A program made the translations under genes and the position numbers. DNA of 31,717 bases from positions 1 to 31,717 of the forward strand of contig JBCBJQ010000067.1 of the NCBI GenBank assembly GCA_038523235.1, in the 5' to 3' direction. The notes beneath the pieces are model-generated. The model was given only the letters and a program-made list of their open reading frames with translations. It was not told where the DNA came from and did not search any database. Of this stretch, positions 21,089 to 30,061 are shown piece by piece (positions within the stretch are counted from its first letter, which is position 1; every line of letters starts with the position of its first letter). This DNA comes from Cyanobacteria bacterium J06626_4. GTDB taxonomy: Bacteria; Cyanobacteriota; Cyanobacteriia; Phormidesmidales; Phormidesmidaceae.

Positions 21089-22246
21089 ATGACCATAAAA
21101 GTGTCTGAGGAGCTCGATACAATGCCGCTCAGTCAACGTATTTCGTCGGCAATGCTGACCCTGTTATTGGCTGGGGGCAGCATTGGCCTAGTGCCAATTA
21201 TGGCTGCTCCGGCCCGAGCAAAACTGGTAGCGCAGGTTGCCTCTGAGGCAGCGCTGCAGCGAGCCAATGAGCTGAGTCAACAAGCACTCATCCTCTACCA
21301 GCAGGGTCGTTATGACGAGGCCGAACCGCTCTATCAGCAATCCCTAGAGATTCGTCTTGAGCAATTGGGCGACCGCCATCCCGATGTGGCCACCAGCCTT
21401 AACAATTTGGCCTTGCTATATAAAGCCCAGGGTCATTATGACGAGGCCGAGCCCCTCTTGCAGCAGTCCCTTAATATCTATCGTGAGCAGTTGGGCGAAC
21501 GTCACCCCGATGTCGCTACGGCCCTCAACAACTTAGCCTTGCTGTATGAAGCTCAGGGTCATTATGACGAGGCCGAACCGCTGCATCAGCAATCCCTAGA
21601 GATTCGTCTTGAGCAATTGGGCGACTGCCATCCCGATGTGGCTCAAAGTCTCAATAACCTGGCCGTGTTGTATCGAGAACAGGGTCATTATGACGAGGCC
21701 GAATCGCTGTATCAGCAATCCCTTAATATCTATCGTGAGCAGTTGGGTGACCGTCATCCCGATGTGGCCACCAGCCTGAACAATTTGGCCTCGCTGTATG
21801 AAGTTCAGGAGCGCTATGACGAGGCCGAATCGCTGTATCAGCAATCCCTAGAGATTTTTAGAGAGCAACTGGGCGACCGTCATCTCGATGTGGCCACCAG
21901 CCTGAACAATTTGGCCTTGCTGTATAAAGTTCAGGAGCGCTATGACGAGGCCGAACCGCTGTATCAGCAATCCCTAGAGATTCTTAGAGAGCAATTGGGC
22001 GAGCGCCATCCCGATGTGGCCACCAGTCTCAACAACTTGGCCGTGTTGTACCGTGCTCAGGGCCGTTATGGCGAAGCTGAACCGCTGTATCAGCAATCCC
22101 TAGAGATTCTTAGAGAGCAATTGGGCGAGCGCCATCCCGATGTGGCCAAAGGCCTGAACAACCTGGCTGTGCTGTATCAAGAGCAGGGTCGCGATGATGA
22201 GGCGGAAGCTCTTTTGAAGCAGGCTCGTGAAATTCTGGGGCAATAG
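21089..22246 (+). CDS. Secreted TPR protein (42-aa kinesin-light-chain-type repeats)
   Basis: Signal peptide (...PARA), then 7.5 repeats of xQGxYDEAEPLYQQSLEIxREQLGxRHPDVATSLNNLAxLY. Start may be 21122. Confidence 0.92.
   Translation: MTIKVSEELDTMPLSQRISSAMLTLLLAGGSIGLVPIMAAPARAKLVAQVASEAALQRANELSQQALILYQQGRYDEAEPLYQQSLEIRLEQLGDRHPDVATSLNNLALLYKAQGHYDEAEPLLQQSLNIYREQLGERHPDVATALNNLALLYEAQGHYDEAEPLHQQSLEIRLEQLGDCHPDVAQSLNNLAVLYREQGHYDEAESLYQQSLNIYREQLGDRHPDVATSLNNLASLYEVQERYDEAESLYQQSLEIFREQLGDRHLDVATSLNNLALLYKVQERYDEAEPLYQQSLEILREQLGERHPDVATSLNNLAVLYRAQGRYGEAEPLYQQSLEILREQLGERHPDVAKGLNNLAVLYQEQGRDDEAEALLKQAREILGQ
21299..22243 (+). repeat. 126-bp coding tandem repeat, about 7.5 copies
   Basis: tatgacgaggccga recurs every 126 nt, with high nucleotide identity between units. 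Confidence 0.92.
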
Positions 22247-22298
22247 CTACGCTCATCCCCGCATCTGAAGAGCTTGACTAATGAGGTAATAAGCTGAA

Positions 22299-23099
22299 TC
22301 AGTTCGAGATCGCGTTGGGAGCCAAGAGATAAACCGCATCCCCAATCGCGAGGCGAAACCGCGCTTGGGCGCTGCTGCTGTTGATGGCAATTTCGACCCA
22401 ACCGTGGCTACCGATGAGGGCGATCGCGTGGCCGATTTCGACATCGCCATAGGTTTTACTCAGGGGAATCTCGACCTGGCCGACCTGCAAAACCCAATCT
22501 TGGCGCTGGGCCACTGTGGCGGGAATTGTCGTGACTAGATTGCCAAAGTGGTCAACATGCTGAATGTGCCCGATCACCTGAGTGTCGCTGATATCCGGCT
22601 GAGGAATGGCAATCCGAGTGAGCGAGGCTGGGGAAATCGTCGTGCCCAGTTTTTCCAGAGGAACCCCAGCGGCCAGATGCGCGGCGACAGGGGCAAAGAT
22701 ATCGCGCCCGTGAAAGGTCGTGCTGGGCTCAGGCGTTTGCCAATAGTGCGGATCCGTCAGCTCCACCGCTGCGATCGCCCCCACCGCATCGACCACCCCA
22801 CTGAGCACACCGTTATCTGGCCCGACCAAATAGCCTTGGGGTATCTGCAGGGCGACGGCTCGTCGGGCCGTGCCCACGCCTGGATCAACCACGACTAAAT
22901 GCACCGTATCAGGGGGAAAATAGCGGTAGGCATTCAACAGGGTAAACCGGGCGGCGGCAATGTTTTGAGGAGGAACGCTATGGGTCAAATCAATCAGGCG
23001 AGCAGCAGGGCAAATGCCCGCAATCACCCCTTTCATCACTCCGACATAGCCATCCTGATAGCCGAAATCGGTCAGCAGCGTCATGAGCGGAGCCATCAT
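22299..23099 (-). CDS. DUF62 SAM hydroxide adenosyltransferase (SAM-dependent chlorinase/fluorinase superfamily)
   Basis: LLTDFG, VVVDPGVGTARR, GPDNG, TFHGRDIFAP, VDHFGNLVT; the Asp-Arg-His triad is present. Confidence 0.94.
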   Translation of the reverse strand: MMAPLMTLLTDFGYQDGYVGVMKGVIAGICPAARLIDLTHSVPPQNIAAARFTLLNAYRYFPPDTVHLVVVDPGVGTARRAVALQIPQGYLVGPDNGVLSGVVDAVGAIAAVELTDPHYWQTPEPSTTFHGRDIFAPVAAHLAAGVPLEKLGTTISPASLTRIAIPQPDISDTQVIGHIQHVDHFGNLVTTIPATVAQRQDWVLQVGQVEIPLSKTYGDVEIGHAIALIGSHGWVEIAINSSSAQARFRLAIGDAVYLLAPNAISN

Positions 23100-23180
23100 C
23101 AGTCCACACGAAGGTTGGGCAAAAGCCTCAAGATCGTCTCATGATCATGGCGGTCTCGAAAGTACGAATGCGGAAAGGCA

Positions 23181-23217
23181 AAACTCCGAATTCCAAACTC
23201 CAAACTCCCTCACCCTC
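23181..23217. repeat. STRR-like 7-mer repeat
   Basis: aaactcc gaattcc aaactcc aaactcc just after the uppS-like stop; reverse-complement style of the repeat at 5519-5570. Confidence 0.55.
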
Positions 23218-23965
23218 AAGCCGTCAGGGCTGCAGGCACCTTGCCAAAGCGGCGATCGCGCTGTTGAAAACTCAGCAATGCCTCGTGCAGGGCGGCGCGG
23301 TCAAAGTCGGGCCAGAGGCGATCGGTAAAATACAGCTCGGTGTAGGCCATTTGCCAAAGCAGATAGTTGCTCAGCCGCTGTTCGCCGCTGGTGCGAATGA
23401 GCAAGTCAGGGTCTGGCCCGTTGCTGCTATAGAGCTGCTGGCTAATCGCCGCTTCGTCAATGTCTTCGGGCTGCAGCAGACCGCGCTGCACCTGTTGCGC
23501 CAGCGACTGACAGGCACGAGTGATTTCTAACCGGCTGCCATAGTTCACGGCGACATTAAAGGTGACGCCGCGATTGTGAGCCGTGGTGGCACAGGCCCGA
23601 TGCATTTCTGCCTGCAGGGTTTCGGGCAGTTCCGACAGGTCGCCCAAAAAGCGCAACCGCACCCCCTCTTGATGCATCTCGGCCAGTTCTTTACGCAAGA
23701 GCCGCTCAAACAAGCGCATCAAAAACTCCACCTCTTTGAGGGGGCGCTGCCAATTTTCGGTCGAAAAGGCATATACCGTCAGCGCCGGAATGCCCCAATC
23801 GCGACAGCAGCGCACCAAATCCTTGAGCACCCGTGCCCCCTGACGATGGCCAGCGATGCGCGGCAGCCCCCGCTGCTGAGCCCAGCGGCCATTGCCATCC
23901 ATAATGAACGCGACATGCTGGGGCAGGCGATCGCGGTCTAGATCTAGGGGTAGTGTTTTCAACAT
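23216..23965 (-). CDS. uppS: cis-prenyltransferase (undecaprenyl diphosphate synthase family)
   Basis: [58 protein letters not shown] upstream of the ATG. Confidence 0.95.
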   Translation of the reverse strand: MLKTLPLDLDRDRLPQHVAFIMDGNGRWAQQRGLPRIAGHRQGARVLKDLVRCCRDWGIPALTVYAFSTENWQRPLKEVEFLMRLFERLLRKELAEMHQEGVRLRFLGDLSELPETLQAEMHRACATTAHNRGVTFNVAVNYGSRLEITRACQSLAQQVQRGLLQPEDIDEAAISQQLYSSNGPDPDLLIRTSGEQRLSNYLLWQMAYTELYFTDRLWPDFDRAALHEALLSFQQRDRRFGKVPAALTA

Positions 23966-24019
23966 AATGAGTTCCTATTGAGTGCAAAACAGCTAGTTTT
24001 TCAGATTTAGCAGGGGGAG

Positions 24020-25000
24020 TTAGGCGTTTGTATCGTTCCCGGCTATGGGGGGCTGGCCTAACAACGGGGTCAGATAAGCGGGCGTCAGACTTTGATGCCA
24101 CTGACAAATCGGTTTAATTACCTGGTCGAGGGTGTATAAAAACGTCAGGCGCTGGGTGGTTGACCAGCGTTCCCAGGCCAGCTCGTGCATCATGCGACGC
24201 AGAGTATGCAGCAGACTACCTTGGGTCGTGCGATCGCGGGTTTTTGCCACCAGGGCGCGGCTGAGGGTTTGCCCGATTTTGAACAGCGAAGAGTCGGGAT
24301 AAGCCCACATGCCAAAGCCCCAGAATTTGGTCATGTGATTGATTTCGTCGATCAATAGTTCGCCCAGCGCCGCCTGTAGCGCCCCGGTCGAGTGGGCCAT
24401 CATCCACAGATAGAGGCAGGCCGCCCCATATTCAGTCGCCACCCGGTGCAGACCGTGACGATAGAGATTTTCGTGGGGGTCAGCGGCGGGCTGATAGGGT
24501 CGGGCCGAGTGGGGCACGATATCGGGATGTTGACCGCTTAAACAACGATACATTTTGGCCAGAGCTGGCGTGTGGCGCTTTTCTTCGCGTTCCCACAGGC
24601 CGATGGTGGTCAGCTGGCCCGAGTCGTCTACCTCGCCGCCAACAAAGCCTGCCATCGCCGGGTAGCAGGCCGCCAAATATTGCCGACTGCTTTGGGTATA
24701 GCCGCGAATGGGCGCTTCGGTATTGATGGTGCCGAGCAGTGTGGCACAAAACGTTGCGGGGTCAATGCCCACCAGTTGTTCCGGGGTCACTTCGCGCCAG
24801 GCGATCGCCCCCCACGGTCGTAGTGTTGGGCAGTCAAGCTGCTGGGGCAGTTCTTCTAAGCGATCGCGCAGCACCGCCTCAGTGACATAGCGCTTTCGCA
24901 GCTGTCGAATCCGTTGCAGAATTTGCAACCCGTTGGGGGTGCCCACGAGTTCTCCGGCAAGATCAGTCGTAGTTGTCGTTGACACGATGGCAGTCGTCAT
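24020..25000 (-). CDS. Ferritin-like di-iron carboxylate protein
   Basis: Ligand pattern NTEAP / WEREEKRH / ATEYGA / IDEINH; ATG at 25000 preferred. Confidence 0.85.
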   Translation of the reverse strand: MTTAIVSTTTTTDLAGELVGTPNGLQILQRIRQLRKRYVTEAVLRDRLEELPQQLDCPTLRPWGAIAWREVTPEQLVGIDPATFCATLLGTINTEAPIRGYTQSSRQYLAACYPAMAGFVGGEVDDSGQLTTIGLWEREEKRHTPALAKMYRCLSGQHPDIVPHSARPYQPAADPHENLYRHGLHRVATEYGAACLYLWMMAHSTGALQAALGELLIDEINHMTKFWGFGMWAYPDSSLFKIGQTLSRALVAKTRDRTTQGSLLHTLRRMMHELAWERWSTTQRLTFLYTLDQVIKPICQWHQSLTPAYLTPLLGQPPIAGNDTNA

Positions 25001-25047
25001 GGGTGCAGTCCTTACCTCAGGTCTCCCCAACCCTAGCCAGCCCTCGA

Positions 25048-25127
25048 TTCGACGTCAGTCGGTAGAGGTCGGCAAAGGCCCGCAGGCCAATATCGATAAA
25101 AGTCGGAAAACGTCAGCCCTGTGTCGA
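25048..25127. promoter_or_regulatory. Candidate helically phased operator boxes
   Basis: ttcga 25048, gtcgg 25058, gtcgg 25068; atcga 25092, gtcgg 25102, gtcag 25112, gtcga 25123. Confidence 0.45.
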
Positions 25128-25441
25128 TAGGCACGCGTTCATCAGAAATCGTCGCTATTCTCACTGAAGGAGGTGTCATACCAGTTCTCTATTGTGAGCC
25201 TATCCATCATCTTCGGCAGAGCTAGGGGGCCAAGGGTGCTGGGGAGCCAACGGATTAGAGAACTGGAATGGAGCAGTCGGCCAAAAGTTTTTGAGGAGGG
25301 CTAGACGAGACTTATTGACCTGCACAGGATTGGTCCCGATTAATGAGCCTCACTCATACCACCGCCGCAAAGGATGATCGCTTTGAGGGAAGACTCTAAG
25401 GTTGAGTCAGCGATCGCTCCCCCAACGCCAAACGCCCAATT

Positions 25442-25492
25442 TACCCTCCACCCTCCACCCTCTACCCCCCACGCCCCAACTCTTCCACCCCC
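25442..25492. repeat. STRR-like 7-mer repeat (caccctc)
   Basis: taccctc caccctc caccctc taccccc cacgccc caactct. Confidence 0.6.
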
Positions 25493-25570
25493 TTGCTCGC
25501 CTACTCCCACACCAAAACCGTGTCCTCCTTCCCATCGGCTAAATTAGACCTAAGCTCAGGAACTCAAGCG

Positions 25571-27952
25571 ATGAGTGCAGAAGCCGTTCTCGAACTCGCA
25601 GATTCCCTCGTTTTCCGCGCTACCGGCAAACATCTCAACGATTTACAGCGCAAAATCTTGCAGGCGGTCTGGCGACGACAAACCTACAGCGAAATCGCCC
25701 GCCGGCTGCGATACACCGAAGGGCATGTCAAAGACGTGGCGTCGCAAATCTGGCAGGCCCTGTCTCAGTCGCTCGATGAGCGGGTCACCAAAAGCAATAG
25801 CCTGACCGTGTTAGAACGCTCGTTAAAACAGGCCAAGGGAGCGCTGTCACCCACCCTGTCGCCGCCCGTCGCTGAATCGGCTCACTTTGTCGGACGAGAA
25901 ACGGCGATCGCCGATTTGACGCAACTGATTGCCCAAGGGCATCGGGCGATCGTGCTGCAGGGAGAAGGCGGCATTGGCAAAACCACCCTGGCCCAGCAGT
26001 TTTTAGAATGTCAGCCCTGGGATGTGGTGTTAGAACTGTTGATGGCGAAGGAAACCGCCAACATCACTCCGGTTGAGCAGGTGGTGGAAGAGTGGTTGCG
26101 ACAGGACTTTCAGATTGAGCCAGGGCAAGATTTTGGCGTCACGCTCGCTCGGCTGCGGCGACGGCTGCGAGAGGTGCGGGTCGGCATTGTGATCGACAAC
26201 CTCGAACCGGCCTTAAATGCCCAAGGTCGGTTTTGGCCGCAGCATTCTCGCTATGGCGACCTGATGCGGGTGTTATGTGACCCTAAGGGGCAAACCGTGA
26301 CGCTGCTCACAAGCCGCGATCGCCTCTGCGAACCGGGTGTCACCGTTAGCCATTACCGCTTGCCAGGGCTCAGCCCAGAGACGTGGCAGCAGTTTTTTGA
26401 GTCCAGGGCCATTGTCCTATCCCCGCAGACGTTGACCGCTATGCACCGGGCCTACGGGGGCAACGCCAAGGCGATGAACATTCTCACCGGAGCGATCGGC
26501 GGTGATTTTGACGGCGATGGCGATGCTTATTGGCAAGCGATCGGCGCTGACCCGCTAACGGCGCTTGACCTGAAAAATCTTGTCACCAGTCAGGCCAATC
26601 GACTGCAGGGGTTAGACGCCGATGCCTATCGACTATTTTGCCGTCTGGGAGCCTATCGCTATCAAGATGTGCCCCGCGTGCCCCTAGAGGGACTGCTGGC
26701 CTTGATGTGGGACATTGACCCGGCGCGACATCGGCAGGTCATCACGTCGCTGCGCAACCGTTCCCTCGTGGAAAGCTACAAAGGCCACTATTGGCTGCAT
26801 CCCGTTGTGCAGGCAGAGGCGTCAGAGCGGCTGCAGCAGAGTGGTGAAGCCACCCAGACTCACACCCAAGCGCGGCAGTTTTGGACCCAGCACGTCACGA
26901 CCATTCACACGATTGCGGAGGCGACTCAAGCCTGTGAAGCGTATTACCATGCCTTGGCGATCGCCGACTATGCCGGGGCCGCCGAGGTGTTGCTCAACAG
27001 CCGTCATAACCAGTGGGGCCAACATTTGACGTTGGGCAGCACCCTCTATCGCATGGGGTTGCTGCAACCCGCAATGACGGCGATCTCCACCCTGCTGCCG
27101 CACCTGCCACAAGATCAGCGGGCCAGCGAGTTGCGCAACATTCTGGCTGATGTGTATTGGATCTCGGGTAAGATTCACGCCGCGATTTCGATGCAAAAGC
27201 AGGCCCAGGGGATCGCCCGCCAAGGGCTAGACGCCGCCTCTGCCACCACTGCCGATGACCATGAAATCTACTGCTGGCGTATGTTGGAAGTGGACGCCCT
27301 GCTCAGCCTTGGCCTGTACCACCTCGATTTGTGGGAACTGGCTGATGCTGCCGGCTACTTTCGGGCCGTGATCACAGCGGCCAAAGACACCCCCCATCAA
27401 AGCTGGGCCGACAAAGCGGCCCTCTGCCTCGCCCTCGTCGCCTCCCATAGCCTGCACGATGCCCAAGTCGATTTGGGTGAATCGCCCTTAGCACTGGCAA
27501 CTCCGTTGGCTGAGCAGGCCTATCGCGCAATCGCCGACACTACTCGCCCCGAATATACGGGGCGGTTTGCCTTTTTCATTCAGCTGTTGGCGCAGACCTA
27601 TACCAATCTGGGCAATGTTGACCGCGCCGCTGAGCTTTATCAACGGGCGATCGCCTTTGCTGAAGAAAGCCATTACGTGCAGGTCAAAGCCAAAGCACTC
27701 GTGGGTCGAGGGAAACTGCGGCGACAGCAAGGAGAATTGGCCGCCGCCATTCACGCGATTGAGGATGCCCTCGTGCTGCTGGAAGAGTTAGGGGCACAGG
27801 GGGATTTGGCGGAAGCCCACTACCAATTAGGCCTGGCCTATCAACAGCAGGGTGACCCCGAGCAGGCTCAGGTGCATCTGATGAGTGCGATTCACCGGTT
27901 CGAAGCAATTCAAGCGCCGCGTCAAGTCGCCAAAGTGCGGGCAGTGCTATGA
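25571..27952 (+). CDS. HTH + STAND/NB-ARC NTPase + wHTH + TPR protein
   Basis: N-terminal HTH ([47 protein letters not shown]), HFVGRE, Walker [10 protein letters not shown], Walker B IVIDNLE, LLTSR, GNAKA, LHPVV, C-terminal TPRs; ATG at 25571. Confidence 0.92.
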   Translation: MSAEAVLELADSLVFRATGKHLNDLQRKILQAVWRRQTYSEIARRLRYTEGHVKDVASQIWQALSQSLDERVTKSNSLTVLERSLKQAKGALSPTLSPPVAESAHFVGRETAIADLTQLIAQGHRAIVLQGEGGIGKTTLAQQFLECQPWDVVLELLMAKETANITPVEQVVEEWLRQDFQIEPGQDFGVTLARLRRRLREVRVGIVIDNLEPALNAQGRFWPQHSRYGDLMRVLCDPKGQTVTLLTSRDRLCEPGVTVSHYRLPGLSPETWQQFFESRAIVLSPQTLTAMHRAYGGNAKAMNILTGAIGGDFDGDGDAYWQAIGADPLTALDLKNLVTSQANRLQGLDADAYRLFCRLGAYRYQDVPRVPLEGLLALMWDIDPARHRQVITSLRNRSLVESYKGHYWLHPVVQAEASERLQQSGEATQTHTQARQFWTQHVTTIHTIAEATQACEAYYHALAIADYAGAAEVLLNSRHNQWGQHLTLGSTLYRMGLLQPAMTAISTLLPHLPQDQRASELRNILADVYWISGKIHAAISMQKQAQGIARQGLDAASATTADDHEIYCWRMLEVDALLSLGLYHLDLWELADAAGYFRAVITAAKDTPHQSWADKAALCLALVASHSLHDAQVDLGESPLALATPLAEQAYRAIADTTRPEYTGRFAFFIQLLAQTYTNLGNVDRAAELYQRAIAFAEESHYVQVKAKALVGRGKLRRQQGELAAAIHAIEDALVLLEELGAQGDLAEAHYQLGLAYQQQGDPEQAQVHLMSAIHRFEAIQAPRQVAKVRAVL

Positions 27953-28243
27953 GTCAGCGTCGGCCATGATTTTGGGGACTTTGATGAAGTCGTCTTCGCG
28001 ATCGGGCACGTTTCTGAGCAGGCTTTCGCGATCGCCAAAGGTTTCTAGCTGATCCGGTCGGTTAATATTGCTGACTTCAATCGCGCGGGTGGTCGGCGCT
28101 ACATCGGTGGTATCCAGTTCGTTCAACTGCTCAACGTAGTCCAAAATGCTGTTGAGCTGTGTGGTGAACTGTTCTTCTTCGCTGCTTTCTAGCTCTAGGC
28201 GAGCCAAATGAGCGACTTTTTGAACCTGTTCGAGATCAATCAT
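27947..28243 (-). CDS. gatC: Asp-tRNA(Asn)/Glu-tRNA(Gln) amidotransferase subunit C
   Basis: [40 protein letters not shown]; overlaps the convergent STAND gene by 6 nt. Confidence 0.96.
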   Translation of the reverse strand: MIDLEQVQKVAHLARLELESSEEEQFTTQLNSILDYVEQLNELDTTDVAPTTRAIEVSNINRPDQLETFGDRESLLRNVPDREDDFIKVPKIMADADS

Positions 28244-28329
28244 GGTAAAGGTTGATGCGAGTTAGGAAAGAGAAGGAGCAGTGGCGAAATGACGTGACCG
28301 GCGATTGAAGATTTGCAACACAGCTCGCC

Positions 28330-28456
28330 TAGGGCGTGTCATCAATTAAACTCGAAAGCCTTACGCTATGGACATTACCGCGCCCGTTCCGTAAAACTGG
28401 CTAGAGGCTGAACCGTTTTCAGCATAAGAATTCAGCCGTTGAATGATAACAGCCTA
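28330..28456. mobile_element. MITE-like element with imperfect TIRs
   Basis: Left tagggcgtgtcatcaatt; reverse complement of right end taggctgttatcatt; TA at both ends; internal IR ggctgaa...ttcagcc. Confidence 0.55.
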
Positions 28457-28472
28457 TAGGCAAATCGACCGG

Positions 28473-28994
28473 TTAGAAGAAGATATCGGCCTTCATGCGG
28501 CCCGTATTCTTCAGCCAGTTTTGAGCCTCAATATAATTATTCGGCGCAATCCGAATCGCTTCCATCCAATAGTTGGCAGCTTGGTCGAATAGCTCGCTGG
28601 CGTCTTGCACGTTGCCTGCCGCTTCGGCCTGCTCACCTTTGTAGTGATAAATCACGGCCATGTTGTTGAGGGCCTGACACAGGCGCGGATTCAGCGCGAG
28701 GGCCTCTTCATAGCGCTCTAGGGCGATGGCGTGCTCACCATTGCTCGCGTTAATCAGCCCCATGTTGTAGAGAATGAAGCTCTTGTCGTAGGGATTTTCC
28801 TCGAGCTGCAGGGCCTCTTCATAGTTTTCCATGGCTTCGGCATACTCGCCGTCCGCCTGGGCGGACATGCCGTCACGGTAATACGCAAAGGCCTCTTTGG
28901 CGCTTTGGTTGGTGGGCATCATTTTGAGGATCATGTCAGCCATGACCGTAAAAGTCTTATCGATGAAGTTATCGTTGCGCTGAGTTCTAGGCAT
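28473..28994 (-). CDS. ycf3: Photosystem I assembly protein Ycf3
   Basis: [48 protein letters not shown]. Confidence 0.98.
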   Translation of the reverse strand: MPRTQRNDNFIDKTFTVMADMILKMMPTNQSAKEAFAYYRDGMSAQADGEYAEAMENYEEALQLEENPYDKSFILYNMGLINASNGEHAIALERYEEALALNPRLCQALNNMAVIYHYKGEQAEAAGNVQDASELFDQAANYWMEAIRIAPNNYIEAQNWLKNTGRMKADIFF

Positions 28995-29079
28995 GGCGAG
29001 CAGCAAGTGCAGTGAACGAGTTTGTAACTACTTTAGCGTTCACGGTCGCGATCGCAAGCATTCGCCTCGGCGATCGCGG

Positions 29080-29520
29080 CTAGCCAGAGGTGACGGAGTC
29101 GCTAGAGCGCAGCCGCTGATGCAAAAATCCGACTAAATCTTCTAGGGTTTCGAGTAAAGATTCGTCAAATTCTTCGCTGATATCCACTTGGAAAACATCG
29201 TAAAAATCGGCGCAAAGCTGGTTGGGCCAGTCAAACCAGCAAACCAGCGGCAACTGCAGGTCTTCAATGAGGCGATCGCTGGGCCGCAGCCGACCAACCT
29301 TGAGTCCGGAATAGTCAGGCAATTTTGTGTAAAGAAAACTTAGGAGCAGTTGCGCCCGGTCGCCGATGATAGCTTCAGCAAAAAGTTGCGACCAATCTTC
29401 TAACGGTAAAGACTGACGGTCGCGTAGTCGCCCATTCACCTGATGACGAATGCCCGCGTCAGGACTCAAATCGGCATAAGTTCTTAGGCTGCGAAGGTAG
29501 TTGATGGCTGATTGCCACAT
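29080..29520 (-). CDS. Hypothetical protein with acyl-carrier-protein-like C-terminal half
   Basis: Co-oriented upstream of ycf3; PSDRLIEDLQL...DVFQVDISEE...LETLEDLVGFL. Confidence 0.75.
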   Translation of the reverse strand: MWQSAINYLRSLRTYADLSPDAGIRHQVNGRLRDRQSLPLEDWSQLFAEAIIGDRAQLLLSFLYTKLPDYSGLKVGRLRPSDRLIEDLQLPLVCWFDWPNQLCADFYDVFQVDISEEFDESLLETLEDLVGFLHQRLRSSDSVTSG

Positions 29521-30061
29521 GTCTGTTTGGCCTGGCGGCTGCGTGTTCTGAGTGTTCCCAGGAAACATCTTGGGGCGCTACTGTTTTGTGGAATTCAGTA
29601 TATTTGTCTGACCTCAGCGAAATTGGGTAAACGCTAGTCAGTACGGGCATTTCTCGCAGTTCCTAGGTCGCGATCGCAACATGGCTTTTAAGCAACCAGA
29701 TTCGGTAATTACGGGCTGTGACCCCCCAGTGAGCGCGAGGGATGATCGCGTAGAAACACGGGGTTTCCTCGCTGCAGTGGGCCTAGCTAATCGGGATGGG
29801 CAGGGCTTTCAGGGAGCTGACAATTCAGTGGTGAGGAGTTTAAAGCACCCGCATGGTTTCAGCCGTGATAAAAACAGAGGCATGGATGATCGCCTGGTGC
29901 AGGGATCGGATTCCCGACCCCATCCTGACAATGCGGGGAATTGAGGGGCCAGACAGCAGATTGTTTTTTGTGGCAAAGAATGCGGTTTGCAATTTACGGA
30001 TGCTCAAGATCCAGAAATGCCAGATCTGGCCGTGACCGCAGGCAGGCCCTCCGAATTGCAG

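Noticed and set aside
21299..22243. CRISPR or DGR-type repeats
   Set aside because: In-frame coding TPR units; no reverse transcriptase and differences are not adenine-specific.
22299..23099. True chlorinase/fluorinase
   Set aside because: It retains the Asp-Arg-His triad of DUF62 hydroxide adenosyltransferases.
25033..25179. 48-codon minus-strand ORF and a perfect AAGGAGGT at 25167
   Set aside because: The SD-like sequence is on the other strand with no suitably spaced start, and the ORF has no recognisable features.
29681..30035. Short plus-strand ORFs or ncRNA in the long spacer
   Set aside because: No motifs, clear RBS or recognisable RNA family.
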